Of a stretch of 64,000 nucleotides of DNA, positions 8,458 through 18,004 are shown piece after piece. Under the pieces are notes generated by a model that searched no databases, had not been told where the DNA came from, and saw only the letters and a list, made by a program, of their open reading frames with translations. The stretch's first letter is position 1; every line of letters starts with the position of its first letter. The position numbers and the translations under genes were made by a program. The stretch comes from Candidatus Micrarchaeia archaeon (GTDB taxonomy: Archaea; Micrarchaeota; Micrarchaeia; CABMEP01): the NCBI GenBank assembly GCA_038880755.1, contig JAVZRC010000001.1, forward strand, positions 8,791 through 72,790, written 5' to 3'.

Positions 8458-9144
8458 TTATTGTTCTCCTTTTTCTATTCCATCACATTCTTGTCTATAA
8501 GAACAGAAATTACACATCCATCTTTTCTTTAAATCTAATTTAGCCTCTGGTTCTGGAATTTCATTGTTCTTAACAGAATGGTGTAATTTTTTGAATCTTG
8601 CAATTATCTTCTCTGCAATAGTGGGGTCGTATTCTAAGAAAAACGCCTTACTTTTTAATGTGTTCTTCTCTATATATAGTATTGCACCGTTTTTTACGCC
8701 AGTTACATGCATGTAGAATTGTAGTTGCATTACATATGATTCTGAAGGTTCTTTAAGTGTATCTAATGATTTTGTTGACTTAACCTCAACAAGGACCTTT
8801 TCCCCATTATGTTCCAATTGTATAAGATCATCAATTCTACCAATTACTTCGAATTCATCTATTTTATATTTCAAAGGCAATTCACTTTCTATAAGTTTTA
8901 CTTCAGGGTTTTTTTCACTCTTTAGAACTTCTACTATGAATGCATGAAATAGATTTCCTGCCTCAAATACTTTAGTAACTTCTGGCTCTACCGGTTTTGG
9001 TATTTTAATGTTAAACCAAGACTTTCTTAAACACTGCCCAATTTCAGAAGGGAAATATCTATTTTCTATTCTTTGTTTGACTTCCCTATGAAGATGTCTA
9101 TCTATAAGTTTGTCAAAATCTATGTATTCCACCATATATCTCAC
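8458..9144 (-). CDS. Solo Cas4-like PD-(D/E)XK nuclease
   Basis: PSEIGQCLR, G..FH, GRIDD..VEVKS, QLQFY, CNFCSYRQEC (four Cys); no CRISPR array or other cas genes. Confidence 0.85.
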   Translation of the reverse strand: MRYMVEYIDFDKLIDRHLHREVKQRIENRYFPSEIGQCLRKSWFNIKIPKPVEPEVTKVFEAGNLFHAFIVEVLKSEKNPEVKLIESELPLKYKIDEFEVIGRIDDLIQLEHNGEKVLVEVKSTKSLDTLKEPSESYVMQLQFYMHVTGVKNGAILYIEKNTLKSKAFFLEYDPTIAEKIIARFKKLHHSVKNNEIPEPEAKLDLKKRWMCNFCSYRQECDGIEKGEQ

Positions 9145-9278
9145 TTATTATTTCTAACTCATCTTTATATTTGTTCCTAAAGTTAATTTCATGTGATTAT
9201 CTAAAGCTAAAAAGCGAATATTTTTATTTATTATTTCATATTATTTTATTACTATTTGATTTTCTACTCTTTTAAGTT

Positions 9279-9353
9279 GGGCCCGTAGCTCAGTTTGGCC
9301 AGAGCGTTCGGCTCTTAACCGAAAAGTCGTGGGTTCAAATCCCACCGGGCCCG
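9279..9353 (+). tRNA. tRNA-Lys(CUU)
   Basis: GGGCCCG acceptor; anticodon arm TTCGG-CT CTT AA-CCGAA; GGTTCAAATCC T-arm. Confidence 0.96.
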
Positions 9354-9376
9354 CTTCTAAATTGAAGTTGAATTTT

Positions 9377-10303
9377 ATGAAGATTCTTGTGACAGGTGGA
9401 GCCGGATTTATAGGCTCAAATCTTGTTGATACTTTAATCAGAAAAAATCACGAAGTTATAGTTTTAGATAATCTCTCAACAGGAAAGATTGAAAATATAA
9501 ATGAAAAAGCGGTTTTTTATAATATCGATTTGAGAGACAGTTTAAAATTAAAGTCTCTTTTTGAAAAAGAAAGACCAGAGATAGTTTATCATTTAGCTGC
9601 ACAGATAAATGTAAGGAAGTCTATTAAAGATCCTTTTTATGATGAATCTGTAAACATAGCCGGTTCCTTGAATCTTTTGGAATGTTGCAAAGACTACGGT
9701 ATAAAGAGAATAATATACTCCTCATCTGGTGGGGCAGTTTATGGTGAGCCAAATAAACTACCAGCACCAGAAGAACACGAAATAAAACCACTCTCTCATT
9801 ATGGGGCATCAAAATTTGCAGTAGAGAGTTATCTTTCAGTTTATAATTCAATTTATGGGTTAGATTACATAACATTGAGATATGCAAACGTCTATGGTCC
9901 AAGGCAGGATTTTCTTGGCGAAGCAGGAGTTATCGCAATATTCATAAGAAATGCATTAATTGGAGAACCTTTAACAATATTCGGAGATGGAAACCAGACA
10001 AGGGATTTCATCTTTGTTAATGATGTAGTAAACGCAAACGTTCTTTCTCTAAATTACAGAGGAAATTTCAGAATATTCAATATAGGAACTGGAATTCCTA
10101 CCTCAATAAATCAAATAGCAAAAGAAATTGAAAAAACAATAGGAAAGAAGATCACGATAATAAGAGGAGAGGCAATAAAAGGAGAGGTCAGAGATACCTA
10201 TCTTGACATAAGTAGAGCTAAGAGAGAATTAGGTTTCTCACCTTTAGTCTCTATTTCAGAGGGAATAAGACTCACTTTTGAATGGGCAAAAAATGCGGTC
10301 TAA
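9377..10303 (+). CDS. galE: NAD-dependent epimerase (UDP-glucose 4-epimerase family)
   Basis: GGAGFIG, YGASK, YANVYGPRQ, GDG.QTRDF; start moved to ATG 9377, outside the tRNA. Confidence 0.9.
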   Translation: MKILVTGGAGFIGSNLVDTLIRKNHEVIVLDNLSTGKIENINEKAVFYNIDLRDSLKLKSLFEKERPEIVYHLAAQINVRKSIKDPFYDESVNIAGSLNLLECCKDYGIKRIIYSSSGGAVYGEPNKLPAPEEHEIKPLSHYGASKFAVESYLSVYNSIYGLDYITLRYANVYGPRQDFLGEAGVIAIFIRNALIGEPLTIFGDGNQTRDFIFVNDVVNANVLSLNYRGNFRIFNIGTGIPTSINQIAKEIEKTIGKKITIIRGEAIKGEVRDTYLDISRAKRELGFSPLVSISEGIRLTFEWAKNAV

Positions 10304-11060
10304 TAGAAACGTTAATAATAAAATACCTTTTTTTGATATCTATTTAATGGCATCTTTGGCAGTTAAAGAAGAAGAGGAAAGAGAAAAGAAAAGAAGAGAG
10401 GAAGAGAAAAAGAAAAAAGAGCAGCAGTCAAAGGAAGAACTGCACCACAAGGCAGAGGCAAAGAAGGAAGCAATTGCTAAAGGAGAGATGAAAGAAATGT
10501 CTTTTGGAGAGGCAAAGCCTATCGTTGAAGTAGGATACATGAAAGTACATATAAAAGGAACACTTGCTTCTGAAAAATATGAGCCAGTTGTAAAGGAATC
10601 GCTCGCAGTAAAGCTAATAGAAGAAGAGAGGAAAAAAGAGATTGAAAAAGAGAAGGAGAGAATTACAGGGGAAATACAAAAGGCGGAAGAAAAGATCAGA
10701 CGCGAGGAAGAGGCAATAAAACAGAAAAGGGAAGAGATAAAGAAGATAGGAGAAAAAGAAATCAAAGAGAAAGAGGCAAAGATAAAAGAAAAGTTAGAGA
10801 AAGAAAAGGCGCAAGAAAGGATAAGAAAGGAAAAGGAGCAGATAAAGAAGCTTCTTGACGATGCAAGAAAGAAAGGAATGTTAGAGCCTGTAAAGGATAT
10901 TGCAAAAGAATTATTGGAAAGAGAGATAAGGAGAGGAACTCCTCCAAAGATGGCATTGCAAACAGTGATGGTAATACTGAAGAGATTGGATCTTGTTAAG
11001 ACAAAGAAAGAAAAAAAATCAATATTCGGTTTTCTTAAATCATTACTAAAGAAAAAATAA
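10278..11060 (+). CDS. Hypothetical E/K-rich coiled-coil protein
   Basis: Long ORF with purine-rich coding bias and charged heptads; no recognised domain. Confidence 0.7.
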   Translation: MNGQKMRSNRNVNNKIPFFDIYLMASLAVKEEEEREKKRREEEKKKKEQQSKEELHHKAEAKKEAIAKGEMKEMSFGEAKPIVEVGYMKVHIKGTLASEKYEPVVKESLAVKLIEEERKKEIEKEKERITGEIQKAEEKIRREEEAIKQKREEIKKIGEKEIKEKEAKIKEKLEKEKAQERIRKEKEQIKKLLDDARKKGMLEPVKDIAKELLEREIRRGTPPKMALQTVMVILKRLDLVKTKKEKKSIFGFLKSLLKKK

Positions 11061-11108
11061 TCTTTATATCCAAATCGTATTAGATGGCTATCCCCATCAA
11101 ATACGAAG

Positions 11109-11909
11109 TTGACTGGTGTTTTAATGTATTCTCAATCAAAGAAATTAAAGATCATAGAAATATATAATGAATTACTTTCAAATTATGGTAGACAAGGCTG
11201 GTGGCCTATAAAATCTTTAGCAGGAAAGAATGGCTTTGATAAAAAAGGATACCATAAGGGAATTTTCACTTACCCTAAATCAAGGGAACAAAGATTTGAG
11301 ATAGTCGTTGGAGCAATATTGACACAAAACACAAATTGGAAAAATGTTGAAAAAGCATTGGAAAACTTATTTTCTTTTAATTTAACATCTCCAGAAGCAA
11401 TATCAAGTGCGGATGAGAAAGAGCTAGCTGAAAAGATTCGCCCAGCAGGTTATTTCAATCAAAAGGCAAAAAGATTAAAGTATATATCTCTATGGTTTAT
11501 AGAAAATGATAATGAGCTCAAGAAGCTTAACAGCGAATTGATCAATTCAAAAAAAGATGCAGTCAAAATCCTTGAGGCAAGAAAGAATCTTCTTAATGTA
11601 CACGGAGTAGGTTTTGAAACTGCAGACTCTATTCTTTTATATGCTTATAATCTACCTATATTTGTGGTAGATACGTATACAAAAAGACTATTCAGAAAAG
11701 CAGGTTTGCTGAAAGCTGAGAATATGTCACATGAAAAAGAGTATCATATTATTCAAGATATGGTTCATTCAACATTTTCAGATTTATCAAACGCAGACAA
11801 ATTTAAAATTTTCAATGAGTTTCATGCTTTGATTGTAGAATGGGGTAAAAATAATTCGAAAAACAGTTTTAATTCAGATACAAAAAGAAACCTTTTTATA
11901 TATGCTTAA
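11109..11909 (+). CDS. Endonuclease III-related HhH-GPD protein
   Basis: YG.QGWWP, GAILTQNTNW.NVEKA, GVG.ETADSILLYA, FVVDTYT.R, EFHALIV. Confidence 0.9.
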   Translation: MTGVLMYSQSKKLKIIEIYNELLSNYGRQGWWPIKSLAGKNGFDKKGYHKGIFTYPKSREQRFEIVVGAILTQNTNWKNVEKALENLFSFNLTSPEAISSADEKELAEKIRPAGYFNQKAKRLKYISLWFIENDNELKKLNSELINSKKDAVKILEARKNLLNVHGVGFETADSILLYAYNLPIFVVDTYTKRLFRKAGLLKAENMSHEKEYHIIQDMVHSTFSDLSNADKFKIFNEFHALIVEWGKNNSKNSFNSDTKRNLFIYA

Positions 11910-11967
11910 AAATTTAGAAAAGAATTTAAATAACAAAACACATTATATATGAAGCATAACAAAACTA

Positions 11968-12885
11968 ATGATTAAAAATAAACACTATAAGATGTACACA
12001 GTGGGGCTAGATTGGATGGAAACCGATATTAAAGATATAAAAGAAGAGGCATTAAAAAGTCAAATCAAACTTGAGACAGAACTTCTTTATAATCCACTAG
12101 TTACTGATTATCTAAAAACTAATTTTGGTGAAAACTCAATAAAAGTAATTTCCGCTGCCATGGAAGAAATGACAGATGATGCAATCGCAGCAAGATGCAA
12201 GCTTAAAGTCGCAGAAGTAAGGGCAATACTAAATAAGCTTTACAACTATAAAATGGCAGAATATAAGCGAATAAAAGACAGAGATACCGGCTGGTTTTCA
12301 TACATATGGAAGATAGATGTATCTAATATTCTCAACATAATAAAAGAACAAACAATAAACAGAATAGAGGAGCTCGATAAAACAGTAGAAAAAATGAATA
12401 CAGAATTTGTATATTACTGTCCACAGTGTTCAAAAACAAATCTAATAAGTTTTGATCTTGCAGCTGATTTGATGTTTAGATGTCCAAATTGCGAAAATAA
12501 ACTCTTAGAGAAAGAAAGAGATTCAAAAGATAAGTATGAAAAAGAGCTTATTGAATTAAAGTCTAAACACATTTCTTTACTCGAAGATATAAGAAAGTTC
12601 GAAGAACGGAAACGCCAGGAAGAAATTAGAATAAAGGAGCTTCAGGAGAAGATGGCGGAGATGACAAAGATTGAAGAGGTATCTAGATCTAAAGCAAAGG
12701 CTAAAGGGTCAGTAAGTAAGGAGCTATCTAATAAGTCAAATAAGAAGTTAAACAAGAATTTAAACAAAAAGTCATCTATTAAAGTTAAACATCTAAAATC
12801 GAAGAAAGTACCAAAAGGCAAAAAAGTCAATATTAAAAAGAAATTAACCAAGCCTGCAAAACTGAAAGGTAAGAAAAAGAGATGA
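11968..12885 (+). CDS. tfe: Transcription factor E alpha with long basic C-terminal tail
   Basis: TDD.IA..VR.ILNKL..Y.R.KD..TGWFSYIW winged helix; CPQC...F.CPNC zinc ribbon. Confidence 0.9.
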   Translation: MIKNKHYKMYTVGLDWMETDIKDIKEEALKSQIKLETELLYNPLVTDYLKTNFGENSIKVISAAMEEMTDDAIAARCKLKVAEVRAILNKLYNYKMAEYKRIKDRDTGWFSYIWKIDVSNILNIIKEQTINRIEELDKTVEKMNTEFVYYCPQCSKTNLISFDLAADLMFRCPNCENKLLEKERDSKDKYEKELIELKSKHISLLEDIRKFEERKRQEEIRIKELQEKMAEMTKIEEVSRSKAKAKGSVSKELSNKSNKKLNKNLNKKSSIKVKHLKSKKVPKGKKVNIKKKLTKPAKLKGKKKR

Positions 12886-13018
12886 CCTTAATGGTTTAAA
12901 TATTTTCTCATATGATATTCATTCAGTTAATATAACTCTAAAGTTTATTCAATTGTATATTTTATTTGATGATTTATTCTATTAAATTTAATTTATACTT
13001 CATATTACAGGTGAATAT

Positions 13019-13207
13019 ATGGATTATTCTGAATTTACTAAGTTTGAAATTGCAAGATTAATCGGTGCAAGAGCTCTTCAATTATCAATGGGCGCACCAC
13101 CAATGATAGAATTGCCAAATAATACATTTGAACCTTCTGCGATTGCAAAGCTGGAATTTGAAAAGGGCGTAATTCCGCTTACAGTTTATAGGCCAAATAA
13201 AAGCTAA
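13019..13207 (+). CDS. rpoK: RNA polymerase subunit K (Rpo6)
   Basis: [21 protein letters not shown]. Confidence 0.97.
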   Translation: MDYSEFTKFEIARLIGARALQLSMGAPPMIELPNNTFEPSAIAKLEFEKGVIPLTVYRPNKS

Positions 13208-13226
13208 AATTAGATATTATTTAAAG

Positions 13227-13781
13227 GTGATTAAAATGTTGGAATTGATATTTGGTTTAGTAGTGCTTATAGTAATTATTGCTGTTTTGATATACAATAA
13301 TCTGATTGTATTGAGAAACAATATTGAAAACGCATGGGCGCAGATAGATGTGCAGTTAAAGAGAAGAGCAGACCTTATTCCTAACTTAGTAAACACAGTG
13401 AAAGGATATATGAAACACGAGAAAGAAACCCTTGAAAATGTAACAAAGGCAAGAGCTGCATTAATGTCAGCAAAAACACCAAAAGAAGCAGCACAAGCAG
13501 ACAACATGCTTTCAAACGCACTCAAGTCATTATTTGCAGTCGCAGAGAATTATCCAAATCTAAGAGCAAGTGAAAACTTCCTTAGATTACAAGAGGATCT
13601 TTCAGACACAGAAAACAAAGTGGCATATGCTAGACAGTTATATAACGACAACGTTCTTTTATATAATAGAACAATTCAAACCATTCCAAACAACATTATA
13701 GCTGGAATATTCGGTTTCAAAGAAAAGGAATACTTCAAAGCTGAAGAAGAGGCAAAGAAAGCACCAGAAGTCAAATTCTAA
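13227..13781 (+). CDS. lemA: LemA family protein
   Basis: [32 protein letters not shown]...ARQ.YN. Confidence 0.96.
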   Translation: MIKMLELIFGLVVLIVIIAVLIYNNLIVLRNNIENAWAQIDVQLKRRADLIPNLVNTVKGYMKHEKETLENVTKARAALMSAKTPKEAAQADNMLSNALKSLFAVAENYPNLRASENFLRLQEDLSDTENKVAYARQLYNDNVLLYNRTIQTIPNNIIAGIFGFKEKEYFKAEEEAKKAPEVKF

Positions 13782-13890
13782 TTTGAGTTAATTCTTTTTT
13801 TATTTTTAATTTTTTACTTTATTTTATATTTAATTTTTAAGAAAACTTTTTATCTATCCTTAAATTTATTTATTATTATATCTTTTATAA

Positions 13891-14820
13891 TTACATTGTT
13901 TCAGTAAGGATAAATATTCCACTGTTTCTTCCAACTAATTCTTCTACTTCATTAGATGCACTAAGTGATTCTGTAGGCGTTTTATAGATTCCAAAAACTG
14001 CACCACCAGAACCAGACAATAATGCACATTCAGCCCCAGCTTCCTTAAAACGTCTCTTTACTTTCTCAAGAATAGGATACATCTTGAATGCCACAAGTTC
14101 AAAATCGTTATATGCAAGATCTCCTATCACTTTCCAATTTCCTTTTTCCAGTTCTTTCTTCATTAAACACAATCTTGCCATTAATGCTTTGTCATAATTA
14201 GGACCTATTTTTTCTTTTTCTTCATCTATCATATTATAAAGAGTTCCAGTTTTAGAAGGGTATTCTATCATGTATCCATATGGTACATATATTGATACAT
14301 ATCTCTTAGGAAGAAGGTATTGCTCAACGATCTTGTCTCCATATCTTTCAGCATATGTTGCATTTCTATACATTCCCTGTGGAACATCCGCACCTATTTC
14401 TGCACCTATTTCTAACATTTCTTTTTCGCTAAGTCCTAACTTAAATCTTTCATTAATAAATTTGATTACAGGGGCCGCATCAACCGCGCTTCCACCCAAA
14501 CCGCTTGCTATAGGAATCTTTTTTTCTATATGTATTTGATATTTGATTTCATCTATCTTCAATTTTGTTCTTTCACAGATTTTAATTATAGCCTTATAAA
14601 CGCTGTTCTTTTCATTAAGTGGTATGTTTTCATTGCTTGTAAGTTGAATTCCTTTCTCTCTTGTTTCTTTCATTATCACTTCATCACATAAATCTAGAGG
14701 CTGGAAAACAGTTTTCAATAAATGATATCCTTTCTCATCTTTTCTCCCTACTTGTAAGAAAAGATTTATTTTTGCATGAGCTTTCAATGTAACAACATCT
14801 CTATCTAATTTCATTGCCAT
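13891..14820 (-). CDS. ispE: IspE-like GHMP kinase (4-diphosphocytidyl-2-C-methyl-D-erythritol kinase family)
   Basis: AKINLFL.V...GYH.L.TVFQ..DL.D; KKIP..SGLGGS..DAA; GADVP; NDFE; SGSG. Confidence 0.85.
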   Translation of the reverse strand: MAMKLDRDVVTLKAHAKINLFLQVGRKDEKGYHLLKTVFQPLDLCDEVIMKETREKGIQLTSNENIPLNEKNSVYKAIIKICERTKLKIDEIKYQIHIEKKIPIASGLGGSAVDAAPVIKFINERFKLGLSEKEMLEIGAEIGADVPQGMYRNATYAERYGDKIVEQYLLPKRYVSIYVPYGYMIEYPSKTGTLYNMIDEEKEKIGPNYDKALMARLCLMKKELEKGNWKVIGDLAYNDFELVAFKMYPILEKVKRRFKEAGAECALLSGSGGAVFGIYKTPTESLSASNEVEELVGRNSGIFILTETM

Positions 14821-14876
14821 TTTATCACTATTATAATCATTTTATTGATGTTCTTACTAATTTTTATTGATTATAA

Positions 14877-15551
14877 TTATTCCTCTATTTTCTCATCAAA
14901 TGGACCTAAAACAAATTTCTTTTTTGTAGGTTGTTTTCTTTCTTTCCCTTCCTTATCTCTTGATACTTTCTTTAGAGCTTCAAATGAATTTTTCAATTCG
15001 TTAATCTCATTTTTCAAGTTCTTTACTTCTTCTGTAAGTAGCGTTACAGGATCTACTTTCTTTTCTTTGTTAGCATCAATGTTTAGTTTTATTTCCTTTG
15101 TTATCTCTTCTGCATTTAATATGCCAGGTAAGTAAAATGTTTCATTCCCGTGTATTTTGATTATGCTTATCTTAAACAACTTATCTATTGCTGCTAAGTT
15201 ATCCTCATCACAATGCGCATCTTTTATTTCTGTATATGGGATGAATTTTTCCTTTAAAAATATCAATCCATCTGTTATTTTAATACCTTTATCTTCTATG
15301 AATAATCTTTTTCTTTTTACGATAAATGTATAAAATAGAAACGCACCCATTCCAGCTATTGCAAAAGTGATTATAAATAAAGTAAGGATAACTATCGAAT
15401 TATTTTGTCCTTTAGATAGCTCTATATTTATATTAATGGATTCAAGTAAAGAAAGTACTAAATACACTACCCCCCAAAAAACAATCAAAACAACAAGAAC
15501 TTTAGTCAAAAGTGAAAATAAATATTCTTTCGAAGCATTTATTTCTTTCAT
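14877..15551 (-). CDS. Two-TM membrane protein with bacterial PH-like domain and coiled coil
   Basis: Two TMs followed by I...GLIF.KE..IPY..I pattern. Confidence 0.65.
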   Translation of the reverse strand: MKEINASKEYLFSLLTKVLVVLIVFWGVVYLVLSLLESININIELSKGQNNSIVILTLFIITFAIAGMGAFLFYTFIVKRKRLFIEDKGIKITDGLIFLKEKFIPYTEIKDAHCDEDNLAAIDKLFKISIIKIHGNETFYLPGILNAEEITKEIKLNIDANKEKKVDPVTLLTEEVKNLKNEINELKNSFEALKKVSRDKEGKERKQPTKKKFVLGPFDEKIEE

Positions 15552-16183
15552 TCTCCCCCTTCTTTTATTTTATTATAATTAACATTATTAAATTCATAGA
15601 TGTCTTTTTCTTCAGACATCCATTTTTCTATCAACTCTTCCTTTTTTCCATTTATCATTTCACTTCCAGTTGGATCTATAAAATACCATTCATCTTTGAA
15701 TTTAAAAGATACAGCCACTTTTGTTCCATCATTTATTCCAACTACAACATAGCTATCATAATTGTCAAGTGCTATCAAGATAGAACAGAGGAAAACGGCC
15801 TTGTCCATTGGATCTCCGCCTCTTAGCTTAATAATGTCTTTTGGCATTAGCCAGAAGTCAATAGGGGTTCTAATCGTTCTTATTCTTCTTATGTATTCAT
15901 GGGCTTCTTTTGCTGCTGCAATGAAATCTCTTTCGTAGATATATGGTTTGAATTTAGATTTTATTTCCTCACTGATCCTTTTTACCTCTTCATCTTTTGT
16001 GTTTACCATTGCCTTTATATCTGCTATTGTCTTTGTTTCACTTTGTTCTATTGTAGATCTATATCTATCTATTATTAGTTCAAGAAGCTTTATCTTATCT
16101 TTAAGTATATTAATTTCGTTTCTTCTTTCTACGAACTCTTCCTGCTTCGAAATGGGTTTGAATTCATCAACCATATAACTCAA
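15548..16183 (-). CDS. Transglutaminase-like fold protein, probably inactive
   Basis: W..P......GGDPMDKA.FL.S.L and WYFIDPT; catalytic Cys position is Pro. Confidence 0.6.
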   Translation of the reverse strand: MSYMVDEFKPISKQEEFVERRNEINILKDKIKLLELIIDRYRSTIEQSETKTIADIKAMVNTKDEEVKRISEEIKSKFKPYIYERDFIAAAKEAHEYIRRIRTIRTPIDFWLMPKDIIKLRGGDPMDKAVFLCSILIALDNYDSYVVVGINDGTKVAVSFKFKDEWYFIDPTGSEMINGKKEELIEKWMSEEKDIYEFNNVNYNKIKEGGE

Positions 16184-16293
16184 TTTATTCTATGATTGTG
16201 AATCTTAAAAATCTATCTTTTTAGACATTTCTAAAACTAATTTAGAATAGTTGCTTTATTAACTGCATTTTGCCCGTCTACATATGAAATCCA

Positions 16294-17169
16294 TTATACT
16301 CCAAGAGTTACTCTCAAAAGATTTCTTATTCCGGGTGCAAGACCAAATATGATTATGAGAAGATATAGAAAATATCTTTCGCTTTCATTTTCAGCCTCTC
16401 TTTCTATAATTAAAGAGGCGAAAATAGCAAAGAGCACCTTTATGAATAGATAAATTATTGTTCCATAAACAATGATTTCGCTAAAGAACCTTTCTACTAC
16501 ATGCTGGCCAAAATAACAGATTCCCTTTTCCGTGCAAAGAGGAGAAAATCTATTGAAGATCTCTATGGCCACAAAGCTTGAAACACCATCAATAGTATGT
16601 GCTGCAACTGCGATTCTTGGAAGTGTTTTATTTAATTTATATCTTTCCATTATAAGATGTGAAAAAACCATAATCATTCCTGAAAGAGCCAATATAGTTA
16701 TTAGATAAGTCGGGTCTTGAATCATACTTAATACAACAATTAAGTGAGGAAGACACAACAATATACCTATTGTAGGATAAATTTTAGGCTGTTTAAGTTT
16801 GATGCTTATATAAAGCGAAAATATCGTTATTAATCCTATAATTACATATATTCCAGGTGTGGCTGTAAGAAATCCATAGTTATATATTCCACTGTTAAGA
16901 AAGGGACCAAAAAGCCAATAGAATTGATATCCGCTCCAATCAATGCCCGCTTCTGTTGCATCTGTGATAACTCTAACAGTTGATCCCAATATTATGAATG
17001 GAATAGTATAGATAATAAGTTCTTTTGTAAAGTATTTTTTGAATTTCTTGTATACTAAAAAAGCTGCAACTATTGCAATAACTGCATAAACAAGAGTATT
17101 AATGATGTTATATCCAGTGTGTTCTATTATTGGATTAATGAAATAATCTTGGATAAAATTCTCTATCAT
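16294..17169 (-). CDS. DUF63-family polytopic membrane protein
   Basis: GYN..NT..YA, PF...G...RV..D, TPGIY, H..DG..S, GLAPG.R..LR. Confidence 0.85.
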   Translation of the reverse strand: MIENFIQDYFINPIIEHTGYNIINTLVYAVIAIVAAFLVYKKFKKYFTKELIIYTIPFIILGSTVRVITDATEAGIDWSGYQFYWLFGPFLNSGIYNYGFLTATPGIYVIIGLITIFSLYISIKLKQPKIYPTIGILLCLPHLIVVLSMIQDPTYLITILALSGMIMVFSHLIMERYKLNKTLPRIAVAAHTIDGVSSFVAIEIFNRFSPLCTEKGICYFGQHVVERFFSEIIVYGTIIYLFIKVLFAIFASLIIEREAENESERYFLYLLIIIFGLAPGIRNLLRVTLGV

Positions 17170-17208
17170 CGTATCACTAGCTTATTACTATCATTAACTA
17201 TCATTATT

Positions 17209-17997
17209 TTATATTCTTTTATACTCTACTCCATATTCGTTGCAGAATTCAATTATTTTTTTCCTTTGCTCTTGCTTTAACCCTTTCCAATCTATGTATA
17301 CATTTTCAACTTCTTCAGAACATCTTTCAAATGCCTGTGTGAATGTTGGATACTCAAGATTGTCTACTGCGTAATTTGGGATGATGTGTGCAAATGCAAT
17401 CTTTCCTTCTATCTCATGTTTGTTAAAAGCAGGGCAGTAATGCCCGCCACCGACACCTACAGAGATTTCTTTAACTTCTATTTTTTCCATGTATTCTTCA
17501 AATTCATTTATTATCTCAGCTATGAGCTCTGCATATTTGTGATTTTTCCATTCTTTTTCGCTGCTTCCGATTTCAACAAAAGCGCATGGCCTCATGCAAA
17601 ATGGACCATGATGATCAACTTCCATTGATATATTCATCTCAAGTTTCTTTTGCCTGTTTCTCTCATTAAGAAGAGTAATTATAGTTTTCATTCTTATAGG
17701 ATCGCTAAAAGAAATTTCTTTATCCTTTCCCCCCATATCAGCCTTTCCCCAATTTCCAGGAACATGAACTGTAAAAGAAGGCTTTCCGCTTTCGCTTTTA
17801 TGTTTGCTTGCAAATAAAATAAATTCATCCTCTATTTTTCTAACTAAATCATCTGAATAGAGTAAGGATTCCTTAACCTCAGTTAAATTCTTTTCAGAAA
17901 TATCTGAGTCTCCTTTTTCAATAATAGATTTTAGGCTTCTTGCTATATTAACTCCTGCTGGATCTGCTATTGAATATAAAATTTGCATTTTTCCCAT
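17209..17997 (-). CDS. dtdA: Archaeal D-aminoacyl-tRNA deacylase (DTD2)
   Basis: DPAG.NI, SKH.S, VH.PGN, E..HHGP, FVEIGS..EW, GGGHY. Confidence 0.95.
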   Translation of the reverse strand: MGKMQILYSIADPAGVNIARSLKSIIEKGDSDISEKNLTEVKESLLYSDDLVRKIEDEFILFASKHKSESGKPSFTVHVPGNWGKADMGGKDKEISFSDPIRMKTIITLLNERNRQKKLEMNISMEVDHHGPFCMRPCAFVEIGSSEKEWKNHKYAELIAEIINEFEEYMEKIEVKEISVGVGGGHYCPAFNKHEIEGKIAFAHIIPNYAVDNLEYPTFTQAFERCSEEVENVYIDWKGLKQEQRKKIIEFCNEYGVEYKRI

Positions 17998-18004
17998 CTC
18001 ATTT

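Noticed and set aside
8458-9144. Cas4 as evidence of a CRISPR-Cas locus
   Set aside because: No repeat-spacer array or other cas genes seen anywhere in the window
9329-9376. ORF-track N-terminal extension of the epimerase
   Set aside because: Starts inside tRNA-Lys; the Rossmann fold begins at ATG 9377
11076-11107. Imperfect hairpin cgtatt-a-gatgg / ccatc-a-aatacg
   Set aside because: Single short intergenic stem with no other support; possibly a terminator or processing site
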